This document shows positions 14,450 through 30,960 of a stretch of 64,000 nt of DNA, piece by piece. The notes beneath the pieces were generated by a model that was not told the DNA's origin, did not search any database, and saw only the letters and a program-made list of their open reading frames with translations. Position 1 is the first letter of the stretch. Each line of letters begins with the position of its first letter. Position numbers and translations under genes: made by a program. Source of the stretch: Octopus bimaculoides (lineage: Eukaryota); the NCBI RefSeq assembly GCF_001194135.2, contig NC_069005.1:14201556-14265555 (forward strand), written 5' to 3'.

Positions 14450-16705
14450 TCCTCAGTCATTAGCCAGAGGGGAAGTAGATAAGAAAAAAAAAATTGCCAA
14501 TGTTCTGCATCGTGAGGACCAAAGACTTGAGGTATTTCGTGTTGCAAGACAGTGTAAGAGAGAGAATTGTGATGTCGTAGGAGAGAAATGTGTCTGCATG
14601 GCTGATGGCTCACTTGCATTTAATGAGGCTGCAAAGAGAGAGGCTTGGAGATGCCACTATGAAAGGTTGCTCAATAAAGAGAATGAATGGGAGAAGGAGA
14701 GTCTGCTGGATGTCGACCCAACAGAGGGACCAGCTATTTGAATTGACAGTACCTTGGTAGATAAAGCAGTTAAGAATTACAGAGGTATCAAGTTGATCAA
14801 GTTGTTGGCCCAGGTAATGAAGGTCACGGAGAGGGTCATAGCCCAACTAATTAGGGAGAGAGTCGTCAGTTTAGATGAGATGCAGTTTGGGTTCGTGCCA
14901 GGAAAAAGCACCACTGATGCTATATTTCTGTTAAGACAGCTGCAAGAGATATACATAGCCAAAGATAAACCTCTGTACCTGGCTTTCGTTGACATGGAGA
15001 AACCCTTAGACAGAATCCCCCGATCCCTTACCTGGTGGTCAATGAGGAAACTAGAGATAGATGAATGGTTAGTGAGAGCTGTGCAAGCCATGTACAGGGA
15101 CACTGTCAGTAAGGTAAGGGTTGGCAATGAGTGCAGTGAAGAATTCTGGGTAGAGGTGGGGGTCCACCAAGGTTCAGTCCTCAGCCCCCTCCTATTTATC
15201 ATAGCCCTCCAGGCAAAAACAGAGGAATTCAAGACAGGATGCCCCTGGGAACTCCTCTATGCTGACAACCTTGCTCTAATTGCTTTGTCACTATCAGAAC
15301 TAGAGGAGAAGTTTCAGCTGTGGAAGCAAGGATTAGAATCGAAGGGCCTTTAAGTCAACCTAGCTAAAGCCAAAGTCCTAATAAGTAGAAAGGTAGACAA
15401 AACACAAACCCCTTCGGGTAGATGGCCCTGCTCGATTTGTAGAAAAAGCATAAGCAGAAACTCTATAAGATGTACCCAGTGTAAGCTATGGACACATAAG
15501 AGGTGCAGCAATATCAAAGGAAGGCTAACTGGGAAGATAGTTTTTGTATGTGGCAGATGCTCAGGAGCAATAAACACTGAAANNNNNNNNNNNNNNNNNN
15601 NNNNNNNNNNNNNNNNNNNNNNNNNNNNNNNNNNNNNNNNNNNNNNNNNNNNNNNNNNNNNNNNNNNNNNNNNNNNNNNNNNNNNNNNNNNNNNNNNNNN
15701 NNNNNNNNNNNNNNNNNNNNNNNNNNNNNNNNNNNNNNNNNNNNNNNNNNNNNNNNNNNNNNNNNNNNNNNNNNNNNNNNNNNNNNNNNNNNNNNNNNNN
15801 NNNNNNNNNNNNNNNNNNNNNNNNNNNNNNNNNNNNNNNNNNNNNNNNNNNNNNNNNNNNNNNNNNNNNNNNNNNNNNNNNNNNNNNNNNNNNNNNNNNN
15901 NNNNNNNNNNNNNNNNNNNNNNNNNNNNNNNNNNNNNNNNNNNNNNNNNNNNNNNNNNNNNTGGATGAGGATAGCTGTGTGAAAAAGTGCCACAGCCTAG
16001 CGGTTGAGGGAACCTGTGGAAGAGGTAGACCCAGGAAGACCTGGGATGAGATGGTGAAGCACAACCTTCGAACATTAGGCCTCACCGAGGCAATGATTAG
16101 TGATCAAGCCAAGTGAGACCATAACCCATGGCCTATGCCAGGGGTGTAACCAGCCCACTTATGTGTACCTTTCCTTCATTGGACACTAAACTCTGCTTGC
16201 GAAGACCTGTTGAGACAAGTGAAATCGAAATCAATTTTGATGACAGCACTGCATGACTGGCATCCGTGCTAGTGGAGCGCTAAGAGCACCACCTAAGTGT
16301 GATCGTTGCCAGAACAGCTGACTGGCTTCCATGCCAGTGGCACATAAAAAGCACCATTCGAGCATGATCGTTACCAGCACCACTTTACTGGCACTTGTGC
16401 CGTTGGCACATGAAAAAATATTTGAGTAAGGTCGTTGCCAGTGCTGCTTGACTAGTCCCTGTGCAGGTAGCACGTAAAGAACACCATTTGAGTGTAGCCG
16501 TTGCCAGTACCGCCTGACTGGCCCTCGTACTGGTGGCATGTAAAAGCAGCCACTACATCCACGGAGTGGTTGGCATTAAGGAGGGCATCCAGCTCTAGAA
16601 ACTCTGCCAGATCAGATTAGAGCCTGGTTTGCCAGTTCTCAGTCAAATCGTCCAACCCAAGCCAGCATGGAAAGCAGACGTTAAACGATGATGATGAGGA
16701 CGATG
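14450..16705 (+). mobile_element. 5'-truncated RTE-type LINE (RT domain, C-terminal region, 3' UTR with ~65-bp tandem units, (GAT)n tail)
   Basis: Translation shows NYRGIK...QFGFVPGKSTTDAIF...FVDMEK...GVHQGSVLSPLLF...LLYADN. Stops, an internal deletion before NYRGIK, and a gap. Tail ...CCAGCATGGAAAGCAGACGTTAAACGATGATGATGA. Confidence 0.9.
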
Positions 16706-18117
16706 ACGGACGGACAGACATCTTCTCCTTTGGTGTACCCAGTGAGATTTGTAGTCTCAATGACATATGATATAAACTTTCTTGACCATTTGTCTCGTGT
16801 CATTTCATAGCCACAGCTGATCTAAATTACACAGCAGAGTTATTGGGGATCTTATTTCATTTTTTAAAGCCAGATCTGGTGTGGCAATAGTACTAAAGTT
16901 ACCAATAGACTTCTAAATTCTGCTGGACAGTGAAATATTTCTTCATGGTCCACTATATTCTAATGATTTGTAGTTGTGACTTTTATGTCTGCAACAGATG
17001 TTTGTTAGTGCTGTTGACACAAGCATTTTTTTTATTTCATAAATCCTCTTGTATGTTAGGAAAGGATGTTGTTGGCTGAAGAACAACTTTGATATCAATT
17101 TGTCTATTGTTTTAATCTGCAGATTAATTCACTCCCTTATCAGTTGTACCATGGCTTTTTCAGTAACTTCCATTAAACTGTGCCACAAACTTGATATCTC
17201 TGTAACGTCCTCTTTTTAATGCATTTCCTTCACCTTTTTAGCAGTTGACAAGGATATTGCCAAACCAGTCATCAGGTATGACGACACTTTCCTGTACTAC
17301 TTTGATTGACTTTGCGCATGTCTAGTTCTTGTTCTGCTCTGCTAGACATTGTAATCATCTCTGCCACTATCCCTCATGGACCAACTGCCTTCGTGTTCTT
17401 AATCACTTAGGCATATTGCTGTCATCTTGTATAGCTGGCCCTTCTCATGGTCTAGCTCAACTGGTGAGTCTGGTTTGTGTGGCTAGTAGCAGGAATAGCA
17501 AGATGGTACTCGAGCTATCCTGGAATCTCTGGGCCCTGGCAGACAATGGGTGCCTGGGATCAAGGTAGTTTAATGGAAGGGATAGAGAGAGGAAGATGTG
17601 ACATGCATTGAGACACTCAACTGTGCTTTGCTGTTAGCTAGTTTATATTAATGCTTGAAAGTTTTTTGAATTGCCTTGTATGTATGTGTGTTGTTTTTTG
17701 CATTTGGGCTCTATGACCTTGGAAATGTATTTATATACATATATACACTCATTAGCATCATCTGATGTCCACTTTTGTAGATTGTATATGTGTGCATGTG
17801 CATATATGTATGAAATATAGGATGCGTATATGGATATATTCAGAGTGTTTTTTGTGTCCAAGCATTTTGATTTTCTCCTAGTTAACCTTTTTACTGCAGA
17901 AATTAGATGTATCCACCCAAAATTTGATTACTCTTAGCTGCAAGAGAATGCAGCTTTATATTCCAATCCATCTTTTGTTGAGGAATGTCGTGTTTGGAAC
18001 TATTTTTTGTTGAGTTATATCAAGTTTATTGAGGAAGTGTGACTTGCAGAAAATATTGATTTTTATTTATTTATTGTTATATTTTTCGGTAAATATTTAA
18101 CATCATCATTACTAGAA

Positions 18118-18329
18118 TAGTTGTATGCTGTCGACTTAATGTGACAGTCCCCTGAAGGGAATAATACTACTGTTGGTTAGACCTAGGAAGCTGCATCGCT
18201 TCCTTGTAAACATAAGGACACAGGAAACGTGTCAAGGCTGATAGGAAGCGGTGCGGCTTCCTAGGTCTAACCAACAGTAGTATTATTCCCTTCAGGGGAG
18301 TGTCACATTAAGTTGACAGCATACAACTA
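18118..18329. repeat. Near-perfect inverted repeat (87-bp arms, 4 mismatches, 38-nt spacer); probable MITE
   Basis: Arms 18118-18204 and 18243-18329 compared by hand; TA at both ends. Confidence 0.9.
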
Positions 18330-19887
18330 CTTCATCGTATCACTACTGCATAAATCTCTCTGTGAGATTTAGAAATGTATTATTTCTAAATTCCTAGAAT
18401 AACCATGAAATTAAGTGGTTCCTCCTTGTCAATGGTTTTGACGACTAAGGAAGTTGATCTTCACACAAAACAGCCAGTAAACAAAGATGGTCAAGTGGAA
18501 TTGGTCAAGGTCATGATTGTTGTTACATCTTGCATTCTTTACATTTTTCTTCAAATTTTCATTTCATTCCCTTTTGGTTTCAGAAAGGTTAGTTCTATTG
18601 GTGACAGAGCAATGTTGGTTGGAATCAATCCTGAGCTTCATTTTCACTTGTTTTTTGTTTTAATTCCCCCATTTGAAAACTGACTTTGGTTGGACATTCA
18701 ACCCCAGAAAGGATATATCCTCATCCTTGAAGTGGTTNNNNNNNNNNNNNNNNNNNNNNNNNNNNNNNNNNNNNNNNNNNNNNNNNNNNNNNNNNNNNNN
18801 NNNNNNNNNNNNNNNNNNNNNNNNNNNNNNNNNNNNNNNNNNNNNNNNNNNNNNNNNNNNNNNNNNNNNNNNNNNNNNNNNNNNNNNNNNNNNNNNNNNN
18901 NNNNNNNNNNNNNNNNNNNNNNNNNNNNNNNNNNNNNNNNNNNNNNNNNNNNNNNNNNNNNNNNNNNNNNNNNNNNNNNNNNNNNNNNNNNNNNNNNNNN
19001 NNNNNNNNNNNNNNNNNNNNNNNNNNNNNNNNNNNNNNNNNNNNNNNNNNNNNNNNNNNNNNNNNNNNNNNNNNNNNNNNNNNNNNNNNNNNNNNNNNNN
19101 NNNNNNNNNNNNNNNNNNNNNNNNNNNNNNNNNNNNNNNACACACACACACACACACACAGAGTTGTCATCATCATTTAACGTTTGTCTTCCTTGCTGGC
19201 ATGGATTTGACTGTAGCTGGCCAGGCAGAGGACTGCACCAGGCTTCTGTGTCTGTTTTGACATGGTTTTTGTGGCTGGATGCCCTTCCTAATACCCACAT
19301 AAAAAACACCCAGCCCATTCTGTAATGTGGTTGACATTAGGATGGACATTTAGCTCTAAGAGGCAGTAGAGCTTCATGCAATCCTCTGGCTTGCTAGCTC
19401 CTGTCAAGCTGACCAACCCATGCCAGCATGGAAGATGGATGTTAAATGATGATATATATATACATACATGCATATACACGTGCACGTGAGCTCACACACA
19501 CAATATTACTGGTAGTTAAGAAGCTCACCTTGAAATCATGGGGTTTTGTGTTTAGCACCACAGAATGATACCTTAGGCATGTGTTTTGAGCTCCAGCGTG
19601 ACTAATGCTTTCCGAGTGAGCATGGTAGATAGAATTTGTGCTGAAGGCTGTCCTGTGTGTTTGTGTGCACATGCACACATCTTTTGTGTACCCAGCACTG
19701 ACACTTTGATGTTCATTCCTGTAACTTAGTGGATTGCAAAAAAAAAGTGACTGATATAATAGATGACAGAGTAAAAGAATGTAGGCATGTATGTGCAATT
19801 TAATGCGCAAATTTTTTTTTTAATAATTACATATGTAAGAATATCTGTAAATATTTAAAAAAAAAGCATACATGTACTGTATTGCAC

Positions 19888-19929
<42 letters not shown>

Positions 19930-20188
19930 NNNNNNNNNNNNNNNNNNNNNNNNNNNNNNNNNNNNNNNNNNNNNNNNNNNNNNNNNNNNNNNNNNNNNNN
20001 NNNNNNNNNNNNNNNNNNNNNNNNNNNNNNNNNNNNNNNNNNNNNNNNNNNNNNNNNNNNNNNNNNNNNNNNNNNNNNNNNNNNNNNNNNNNNNNNNNNN
20101 NNNNNNNNNNNNNNNNNNNNNNNNNNNNNNNNNNNNNNNNNNNNNNNNNNNNNNNNNNNNNNNNNNNNNNNNNNNNNNNNNNNNNNNN

Positions 20189-20232
<44 letters not shown>

Positions 20233-21378
20233 GTGTATATTATTTACATATATACACACATGCATACACAAATATAGATGTATAGCCTTAAACAGTTATC
20301 AAACACAAAACTAGTCGCTGCTATCCAGTTTACATTGATGCTACATATGAACCAGTAGTCACTAGTTGTGGGCTTTCTTCCTCAAACTTTCTTACCTTCA
20401 TCACAGTTCTATGTTTCAAGCTACATGGTAAGAGCCAGACACATTCATCACACATTTTGCCTTGCATGTTTAACGGAAGATAGATTAGTAGTCTGGAGCA
20501 GGTACCTGCCTCTAAGTTGTCTAACCATCTGACAAGATCAATAGTGCTGTCCATATAGTAATTGTGTGAGGTTTCACAGACAGCAGCACATCTTGCATTG
20601 CTTACTCAATTAAGGACTTGAGGCTATATATTTCCAAGCTTTCACTGAATATTGCACTGCTTTCCTACGTAACAATGTCGTTGTAGCTTTCTAGCTTTCT
20701 TCTTCTTCTTCTTCTCCCATGCAAGCAGATGCAGGCTAGTTCATTGTACAGACACAAATGCATATAAACATATGCACACACACACACACACACACACTTG
20801 TTCAAGTAAACGTGTACATGTACAGATTCACACGTACACATGCAGATGTCCATCATTACTTCTGCACACCATAGAAACAAACTCATGCACCTACATACAC
20901 ACTAGTCATCTCATTCTATATTATATACATACTGCCATGTTTGCAGCTTTATGCTGTGTATACAACACTATTAGCATACCTCATCTACACATCGTTGCTT
21001 TCATTATACACTGTGTGCGCACACTACTGTTATTATATACACTCCACTGTATTATAATTACATCGTGTACACATCAGTGCTTTTATTGCAGTACATCATA
21101 CTTTACACCATATTTAGTTGGCATGACTAAAGATACGATTTCCTTGGTACACTGTTGATGTTTACTGCTATACCACACTCTTCAAATTGAGTTATCCATA
21201 CAGATACATACACATACCTCTGTCTTTGCAATCACATCTGCATGTACTTCTCACTGTTTCATATCCTAAATGTTATCGGTTCCTCCATCACCCCTTATAT
21301 CTGCGTCTCTTTTCACCCTCTACATCTCACCTACCATATCTGATCTTTTTTCTTCTTCTTCCACCACTTGCAACTTGT

Positions 21379-21436
<58 letters not shown>

Positions 21437-21866
21437 NNNNNNNNNNNNNNNNNNNNNNNNNNNNNNNNNNNNNNNNNNNNNNNNNNNNNNNNNNNNNNNN
21501 NNNNNNNNNNNNNNNNNNNNNNNNNNNNNNNNNNNNNNNNNNNNNNNNNNNNNNNNNNNNNNNNNNNNNNNNNNNNNNNNNNNNNNNNNNNNNNNNNNNN
21601 NNNNNNNNNNNNNNNNNNNNNNNNNNNNNNNNNNNNNNNNNNNNNNNNNNNNNNNNNNNNNNNNNNNNNNNNNNNNNNNNNNNNNNNNNNNNNNNNNNNN
21701 NNNNNNNNNNNNNNNNNNNNNNNNNNNNNNNNNNNNNNNNNNNNNNNNNNNNNNNNNNNNNNNNNNNNNNNNNNNNNNNNNNNNTCTCTGCATTAACTTA
21801 CCAAAGTGTCTGTCTGTCTGTGCACATGCTTGGGTTGCTGTAATAAATCATTGAAATAAAAAGAAA

Positions 21867-21935
21867 GTTTCTTCTTCTTCTTCTTCTTCTTCTTCTTCTT
21901 CTCCTTCTTCTCCTTCTTCTCCTTCTCCTCCTCCT
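21867..21935 (+). repeat. (CTT)n/(CTCCTT)n polypyrimidine microsatellite
   Basis: Directly visible. Confidence 0.9.
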
Positions 21936-21959
21936 AGCCTGTTGGAATATTCTAAAGTT

Positions 21960-22188
21960 TAATAAATAATAATAATAATAATTCTTTCTACAATAGGCAC
22001 AAGGCCTGAAATTTGTGGGTGGGTGGATAAGCCGATCACATCGTCTCCAGTGCATGACTGGTACTTAATTTATTGACCCTGAAAGGATGAAAGGCAAAGT
22101 CAACCTTGGTGGAACTTGAGCTCAGACAGACGAAATGCTACTTAGCATTCTGCCTGGTGTGCTGATGGTTCCACCAACTTGCCACCTA

Positions 22189-22220
<32 letters not shown>

Positions 22221-23130
22221 TTATTATTCTTTCTACTGTAGACACAAGGCCTGAAATTTTGGGGAAGAGTCTAGTTGATTACATTGACCCCAGTACTTGA
22301 CTATTCCTTAATTTATCAACCATGAAGGGATGACAGGCAAAGTTGACTGTAGTATTTGAACTCCAAGCATGGAGAGTTAGAAGAAATGCTGCTAATCATT
22401 TTGTCCAACACACTAACAATTCTCTGGTTTGCTATAACAATTTTTTTAAAAAATAATTTTCAGATTTTGGCACAAGGCCAGCAATTTTAAAGGGAAGAGG
22501 CAAGTAGATTACATTGATCTCAGTACTTGACTGGTATTTTGTTTTATTAGCTCCAAAAGGATGAAAGATAAAGGTGTCCTCATCAGTATTTGACCTCAGA
22601 ACATAAAGAGCCAGAAGAAATGACAGTAAGCATGTTGGCCAATATGCTAACAATTCTGCCAGCTCACTGCTAATAATAATAATAATAATAACTCTTTCTA
22701 AATTTGGCTCAAGTCTAGTAATTTTGAGAGGAAAGGGACATCTTGACTGGTACTTATTTTATTGATCCCTGAAAAATGCAAGACAAAAATCAACTGTGAC
22801 AAGATTTGAACTCAGCCGGAAGAAATGTCACTAAGCATTTTCTCCGATGCGCTCACAATTCTGTCAGCTCCCCATCCACTTGCAGCAGCAGCAGTAGTAG
22901 TATAATAATGGTTTCAAATTTTGGCACAGGTTCAGCTGTTTTTGAAGGGAGAAGGAAGTCGATTACATGAAATCCATTACATGACTGGTACTTTTATTTT
23001 ATCAACCTCGAAAGGATGAAACACAGAATCGACCTTGACAGAATTTGAGCTCAGAACATTAAGACAGATGAAATGCTGCTAAGCATTTTGTCCTGCATGC
23101 TAATGGTTCTGCCAGTTCACTGCCTTCAGT
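21960..23130 (-). mobile_element. Array of about five head-to-tail tRNA-derived SINE copies (family with core CTTTCATCCTTTCGGGGTCGATAAAATAAGTACCAG and (ATT)n tail), antisense
   Basis: Repeated GGCACAAGGCC...CTGGTACTTATTTTATTGACC...AAAGGATGAAAGGCAAAGT units separated by (AAT)n. Confidence 0.85.
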
Positions 23131-23459
23131 AGTAGTAGTAGTAATAATTTGATATGATAAAGTGCCATATGTCTAAAGAAGATCGTTATGTGTGATTGTT
23201 TTGTTATTTAGTTTGGTCTGTATATTCTTATTTTGACCCCCATACAGTATTTCTGACTGGTCATTCTCATAATAGTAGTAATTTGGCACAAAATCAAGTA
23301 TTTTGGGAAAATATTATTCTCATACAACTGAAGTGGGGCAAACTCTGTGTGTGTGTGTGTGTGTGTGTGTGCATGTATGTTATGACTATAGATGTGTGTA
23401 TACATATTACACACATACACACACATGCACAATGTGTGTATTAGTAGTAAATAATGATG

Positions 23460-23490
<31 letters not shown>

Positions 23491-24140
23491 GAATGACAAG
23501 CGAGGTTGAAGTGAGATAAACTGGTTTCTTTTTAGCCAACTTGCTTGTCTTTCACTGTTTATTCAATAACAGAGCTGTTCACTGCTCTGGATATGTGGAG
23601 TTGGCTCTGTTAGAAATACGCACACACATACACCTCTAGCAACTCAGGCCTGCTAAGACACAATAATAATAATAATGATAATAATATAGAATGGTTCTAG
23701 TTGAGTAACAGAACTGTGTTGTTGTTTCTTGCTGAATGCTAGAGTAAGACCAGCATTCTAGTAGTATTAGTTAATACATCAAGTGGAATTTGCTGATATT
23801 GCTTGTAGCCAACCAAAATAGTACCAGAGTAGGTTTATGACAACATATAGTTTTAGTTTAGGCTGACAGCAGTCTTCTTTCTAATAGCTGGGAAGGAGTA
23901 TTGCCCTGTTATTTCTCTGCCAACTTCCACTTTTGTAATTTATGTACTAGCTACACTCCAGAGGCTGGCTGGCTGGCTGGCTGGCTGGCTTGGCTTGCTT
24001 GTTTTACTAATTAGTTACTCTATAGTTCTTTCTCACTGTCAAGATTGACTCATTAATACACTACACTCTGTTTAGTATACTGATACTAAGCTTAGATGGG
24101 TGGATTATCTTAGACACACACACACACACAAGGGATATTA

Positions 24141-24174
<34 letters not shown>

Positions 24175-24559
24175 CTAGGAACCAAATATTTCAATTTTGT
24201 TTTTCTTGCAGCTACCCTTATTGAAATTGATAAAAATAAGTATTAAAATAAATAATTAATTGTAGGGTGCCAATTGAAATATATTTTGCTGTTTATTTTA
24301 TTCTTCGCTCTGAATTTAAAACACTGCAACAATTGGCTTTACTATTTTATTTTTGTTCCTCCCCTCCCCAATCATTAAAATACAAATATATACTAGAATA
24401 ACTTTAATCAACTGTATCCACACCCACTACTCTTGATCAATCATATAATTTGTGCCCAAGGAAAGCGAATTGTTTGTGTTGGGGCTGTTAAATACTTTAC
24501 AAATTTTAATTCTCTCCCCTAAAATGCTTTATAAATTTTAGCTCTGTTCCCTATATTTG

Positions 24560-26490
<1,931 letters not shown>

Positions 26491-28751
26491 TTTTTATTAC
26501 ATCTACTACTTGTGTGTGGTGAACGACAAAATCATTAGAATGTAAAATGAAATGTCTAAGTCCTAGCTAGCATTGGCAATTTAAATTTGCTTTTGTAACG
26601 AATTAGATATATTTGAAGGTAACTTTTTAATTTCCTGGACCATGTCATAATTCCCCACCCCCCTATCTAAATAAACCTTGTTGACTCAATCTAGTTTTCT
26701 TCTTCCTAGGCTGGTAAACAAAAACAACCAAGTCTCTGCTTTCACGCAAGCTCACTTCTATCTCTCAATACAGTTTCTGCTACTATGTGCATACTCAATA
26801 ATATAGTAGCACAGAATCAAGCTTTCAGTAGGAAAATATGTTGAAATAAAAAGGGATATATTTGAGTCTGATCAACCCTTAAATTTCAGCTCCAGAAATG
26901 CAAACCATTTTAACAAATATGAATTAAATTGTTAGATTATATCTTATTCAGACGCTCATGCACACACATAATCTGTGTGTGTGGCAAAAAAAGTCATGCA
27001 TTTATTTATGTTGAATAAATATCGATTCGAATTCCTCTCGAAAACATTATTCCTCTTATGTAATAGAAATCTTAAAAACGTGTTCAATAATGTTGTTCTT
27101 GTTTGGCTAGAATTGGGAATGACAAAGCTGTTATTTCATGGGTAATGCTGAACTGTGATTTAAAAAAAACTGTTGTGACAATTCTATATGGCAAGTGCTT
27201 TTTTTATACATTTTTTTCCTAGCTATAGAGGACCGAGTTTAACTGAAGTTAAATTAATTTCACCAGATGTTTACTTAAATCTGTCTTAAAAATTGCCTGC
27301 CCCCAAATAGAATTTAAATTACGGCTAAATGGGGTTTTTCCTTCCGACACCCTAACTTCAGTTAGTGAATTAAAACAGTGAAATATTTAATAACAATGCA
27401 ATAACAACAAGAGTTAGAAAGAACCTTTGGTTGACAAAGTGTGCGTGTGTGCACGTTAGCTCTGTTTAGAAGCAGCCAAACTGATTGGCCTCAATGTATT
27501 GATTTTGTTCTGTTCATTCACGTCTCTCCTCTTCTTTGATTCTGTCTTACAATCCTCAGGTGTGCTCACAAACTTTTCACTAAGTAGTAGTAGTAATAGT
27601 AATAACATTGCAGTTGCTTAGTAGCAGAAAGTAAACTAATTAAAAACATTGTTCTAGTTTGCTCCAGAACTAGTAGTAGCAAGCAGTCTATGTTTTTGTT
27701 TTTCATTTTTGTGATTTTTTTTGCATTATATTTTTGCATTTACTTTTTTTAAATATATTTTTGCCATCTTGATGTAATTTTATGTTTTAATTTATTTAAT
27801 TTAATTTCAAAGTATATAAAACATAAAGATGTAATAATGATGGCTATTATAATATGTACATAGCTATAACTTTTGCGGTCATTTCTGAATGACTGCTTAG
27901 TTCCTAAATGTAGATTTAAAAGGGAAAAAGCTGTCTGTTATTAAAGCAGATTAATAGGTGGATTAATAGCATTTGTGTGTGTGTGTGTGTATAGACGTGT
28001 GTGCACGCGTGCGTGCTTGTTTTCTAGCTCCATCATATCAGAACTGTTCTCTCTCACTCTACACGCAATCTCCTTTGTGTGGTGGAGGGATTCAGTCACC
28101 AGTGTAGTGACATAGTGAGTGAAGTATTAATTTACACTCACATACCTACTGCAATGATTAGTCTCACTCGATAAAACCCTAGATACTACACTTAAATAAA
28201 TTAAGGTGATTATAATACTGTTAATTATATGAAAATAATAATAATAGTCTGTAAAGGGCTAGGTTTCTTTTTTTTTGTTGTTCCACCCCTCACCTGTCTG
28301 CCCATCTGCCTGTCTATCTCCTTTCCATATTTTTGTAAAAGCTGTGAAGGTAGAAAAAAAGCAATTCTTTATCCAAGTGACCTGACTGGTCTCAGCTTGT
28401 TGATCCAACCTTTGTTTGAACTGTGGAAGTGCAGAAGGGCTGAGTTCAAAAATAGAGAGAAAACTGGCTATACATTGAAATGTGGACTGCAATAGACTTC
28501 CAATTTATTTGGAAGTAGGATATACCACACATGCACACACTACTAATGTATTCCAAATGTTAACAGATGCTTCATGCTTAACTATTCCTCTAGCAACTTG
28601 TTTTTGAATTCAAAATATTTACAGTAATAATTTATAAAATCTATTTATTGTAAACATTCCAGTTTTAAACACTAAAGATAGGTTATGTGAAGAAATTGTT
28701 GGTTATGCTCATGTATAGTTAGTAGTAAAGATTCTTTCTCTCTCTCTCTCC

Positions 28752-28822
<71 letters not shown>

Positions 28823-30469
28823 TCAATAATTTTTCTTGGATGTCTTTTTATGTAAATACAAATATAGTATAGGCCCCCTTTCTCCACCCACCTTGAGCTA
28901 TATATCTTCATGATTTTTTAAACTAATCTTTCTAAATACAATTAATATACAAACTTCCAAATATTACTTTCCTCTACAGAGAAATTGTTTTGTAAAAATC
29001 CATTAATAATTAAGCTGTTTCTATGCGTGTGTGTAGAGAGAGAGAGAGAGAGAGAGAGAATAGCAGTCTTTCAGACTGCACACACCTAACCTTAACAACC
29101 ACTTGGTTGTCCTGTGAGTTGTAACTCTTAAAATTTTACTCCACCACTCCAATTAATTTGATTATCAATAACAATACAGGGTGTCACAGAATTTCGTGGT
29201 TGGAAGCCCTGCCTTAGATTATAAAATTGTGAAATATACCCTGTATAGAAAAAGAAGGGGACAAAAAAAAAAAAAAAAGAATAGACTTGAGCTTCAGTTT
29301 ATGTTGATAAATAATGTAGGTATCTTATGTCTCCTTTCAAAACTGAAGAAGTTGCAAGATGTGGAAATAGCACTGAGTTTTCAATAGAGAATGTAGTTTC
29401 TTAGATAAAGCATTAACCATAGAAATAGTGTGCAGTCTTGCTTGGTTTGATTGGTTGAGAGCATTGCGTCAGGGATTTTAATGGAATCACTGATCTAATA
29501 TTGATCTATTCTGTGAAAGATAAGGAATGAATGTTTTCCACTGAAATGAGAACTGTTGTGATATCTGAGCTGAGATTAAGGGCAATGGTTTCACAGATTG
29601 TTATTGTAAGGAAGGCTGCTGTAGGTAAGTGCAATTTGGAAATAGGAAGAGCGTAATATTGGTCTGCCATCGTGTGAATTATAATTTTCAATACAAGAGC
29701 TGCTGATGTAATCAAAAGATTCTGATCTTTATGCATCCTTGGTGGAAGTTAAAGTAATATAGATTAGAAATTAGAAATTGTATTGAAATGGTAGTGTATG
29801 TTGTAAGCCTGCCAACGAAAGTAAATTGTCTTTTTATGTGTATTCATGTGTTCAGCAATAGATATATGTATTAATGTACAAATATAGGGGGGGGGGGATT
29901 TTGGGTGTCTAAACAAAAACCGTTTTAGTAGTTTCATATGAATTTAAAATAATCTTGTTCCAGCATTTGTACTAATATAAAAAAAAATTGAATACTTTTT
30001 CTAGGAAATATTGAAGTTTCTTAAACTCTGAGAGAAAGTCACAGATTCTTCATAAAGAACTTGTGATAATGGTAATTAAGTTATTGTGAATATCCAGAAC
30101 ATTAACTGTTCTTACATGAATATGCCTTTTATTAATTAGCAAGTTAATGTTTGTAGCTCAAATTAAAAGAAAAAAAAATAGATGATTTGTTAACAACTTA
30201 TCTTGAACATATGAATCGGGATAGGATTGTATAAGTTGTATTTGGTGGTTGTTGATATTTTGTGGCAGATGTGTATATTGTAGGAATCTTCAAGCTTTGT
30301 TTTCTAATCCTCTTTTGCATTTTATTTCCTTAGCAGTGAGATGAGATGAGGGTTGATGATTTCTCTCGATCCTTTCAATTATAAAGATTGCAGACTGGCA
30401 GGATTGTTAGCAAGTCAGATAAAAGGCTTACCAGCATTGCTTCCTACTTCTTATGTCCTGAATTCAATT

Positions 30470-30960
30470 ATCATCAAGATCAACTTTGCCTTAAGTACTG
30501 CGGTCAATGTCATTGACTCTCCATTCCTTCTAGAATTGCTGGCCTTGTGCCAAAATTTGAAACAGTTATTAAGGCAGTGAGCCAGCAGAATCATTAGCAC
30601 TCTGGTCAAAACACTTAACAGCATTTCTTCTGTCTTCGTGTTCAGAGTTCAAATTCCACCAAAGTCAACTTTGTCTTTCATCCTCTTGGAGTCGATAAAA
30701 TAAGAAGCAGCTGAGCACTGGGGGTCAGTGTAATCAACTACTCCCCTCTCCCCAAATTTCAGGCTTTGTGCCTACAGTAGAAAGGATTATTATTGTTGCT
30801 ATTGTGGTGGTGGTGGTGGTGGCGGTGGTGGCGGCAGCGGCTCAGACAAAATGTTTAGCAGTAATTCTTCCTGCTCTTTACATTCTAGGTTCAGCTACCA
30901 TGATGGGTCAACTATGTCTTTCATCTTCAAAATTGCTGGCACTGTGTCATAAGTAGAAAG
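30470..30960 (+). mobile_element. Cluster of the same SINE family (about three copies)
   Basis: AAGGCAGTGAGCCAGCAGAATCATTAGC...GAGTTCAAATTCCACC...GTCGATAAAATAAG motifs. Confidence 0.75.
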
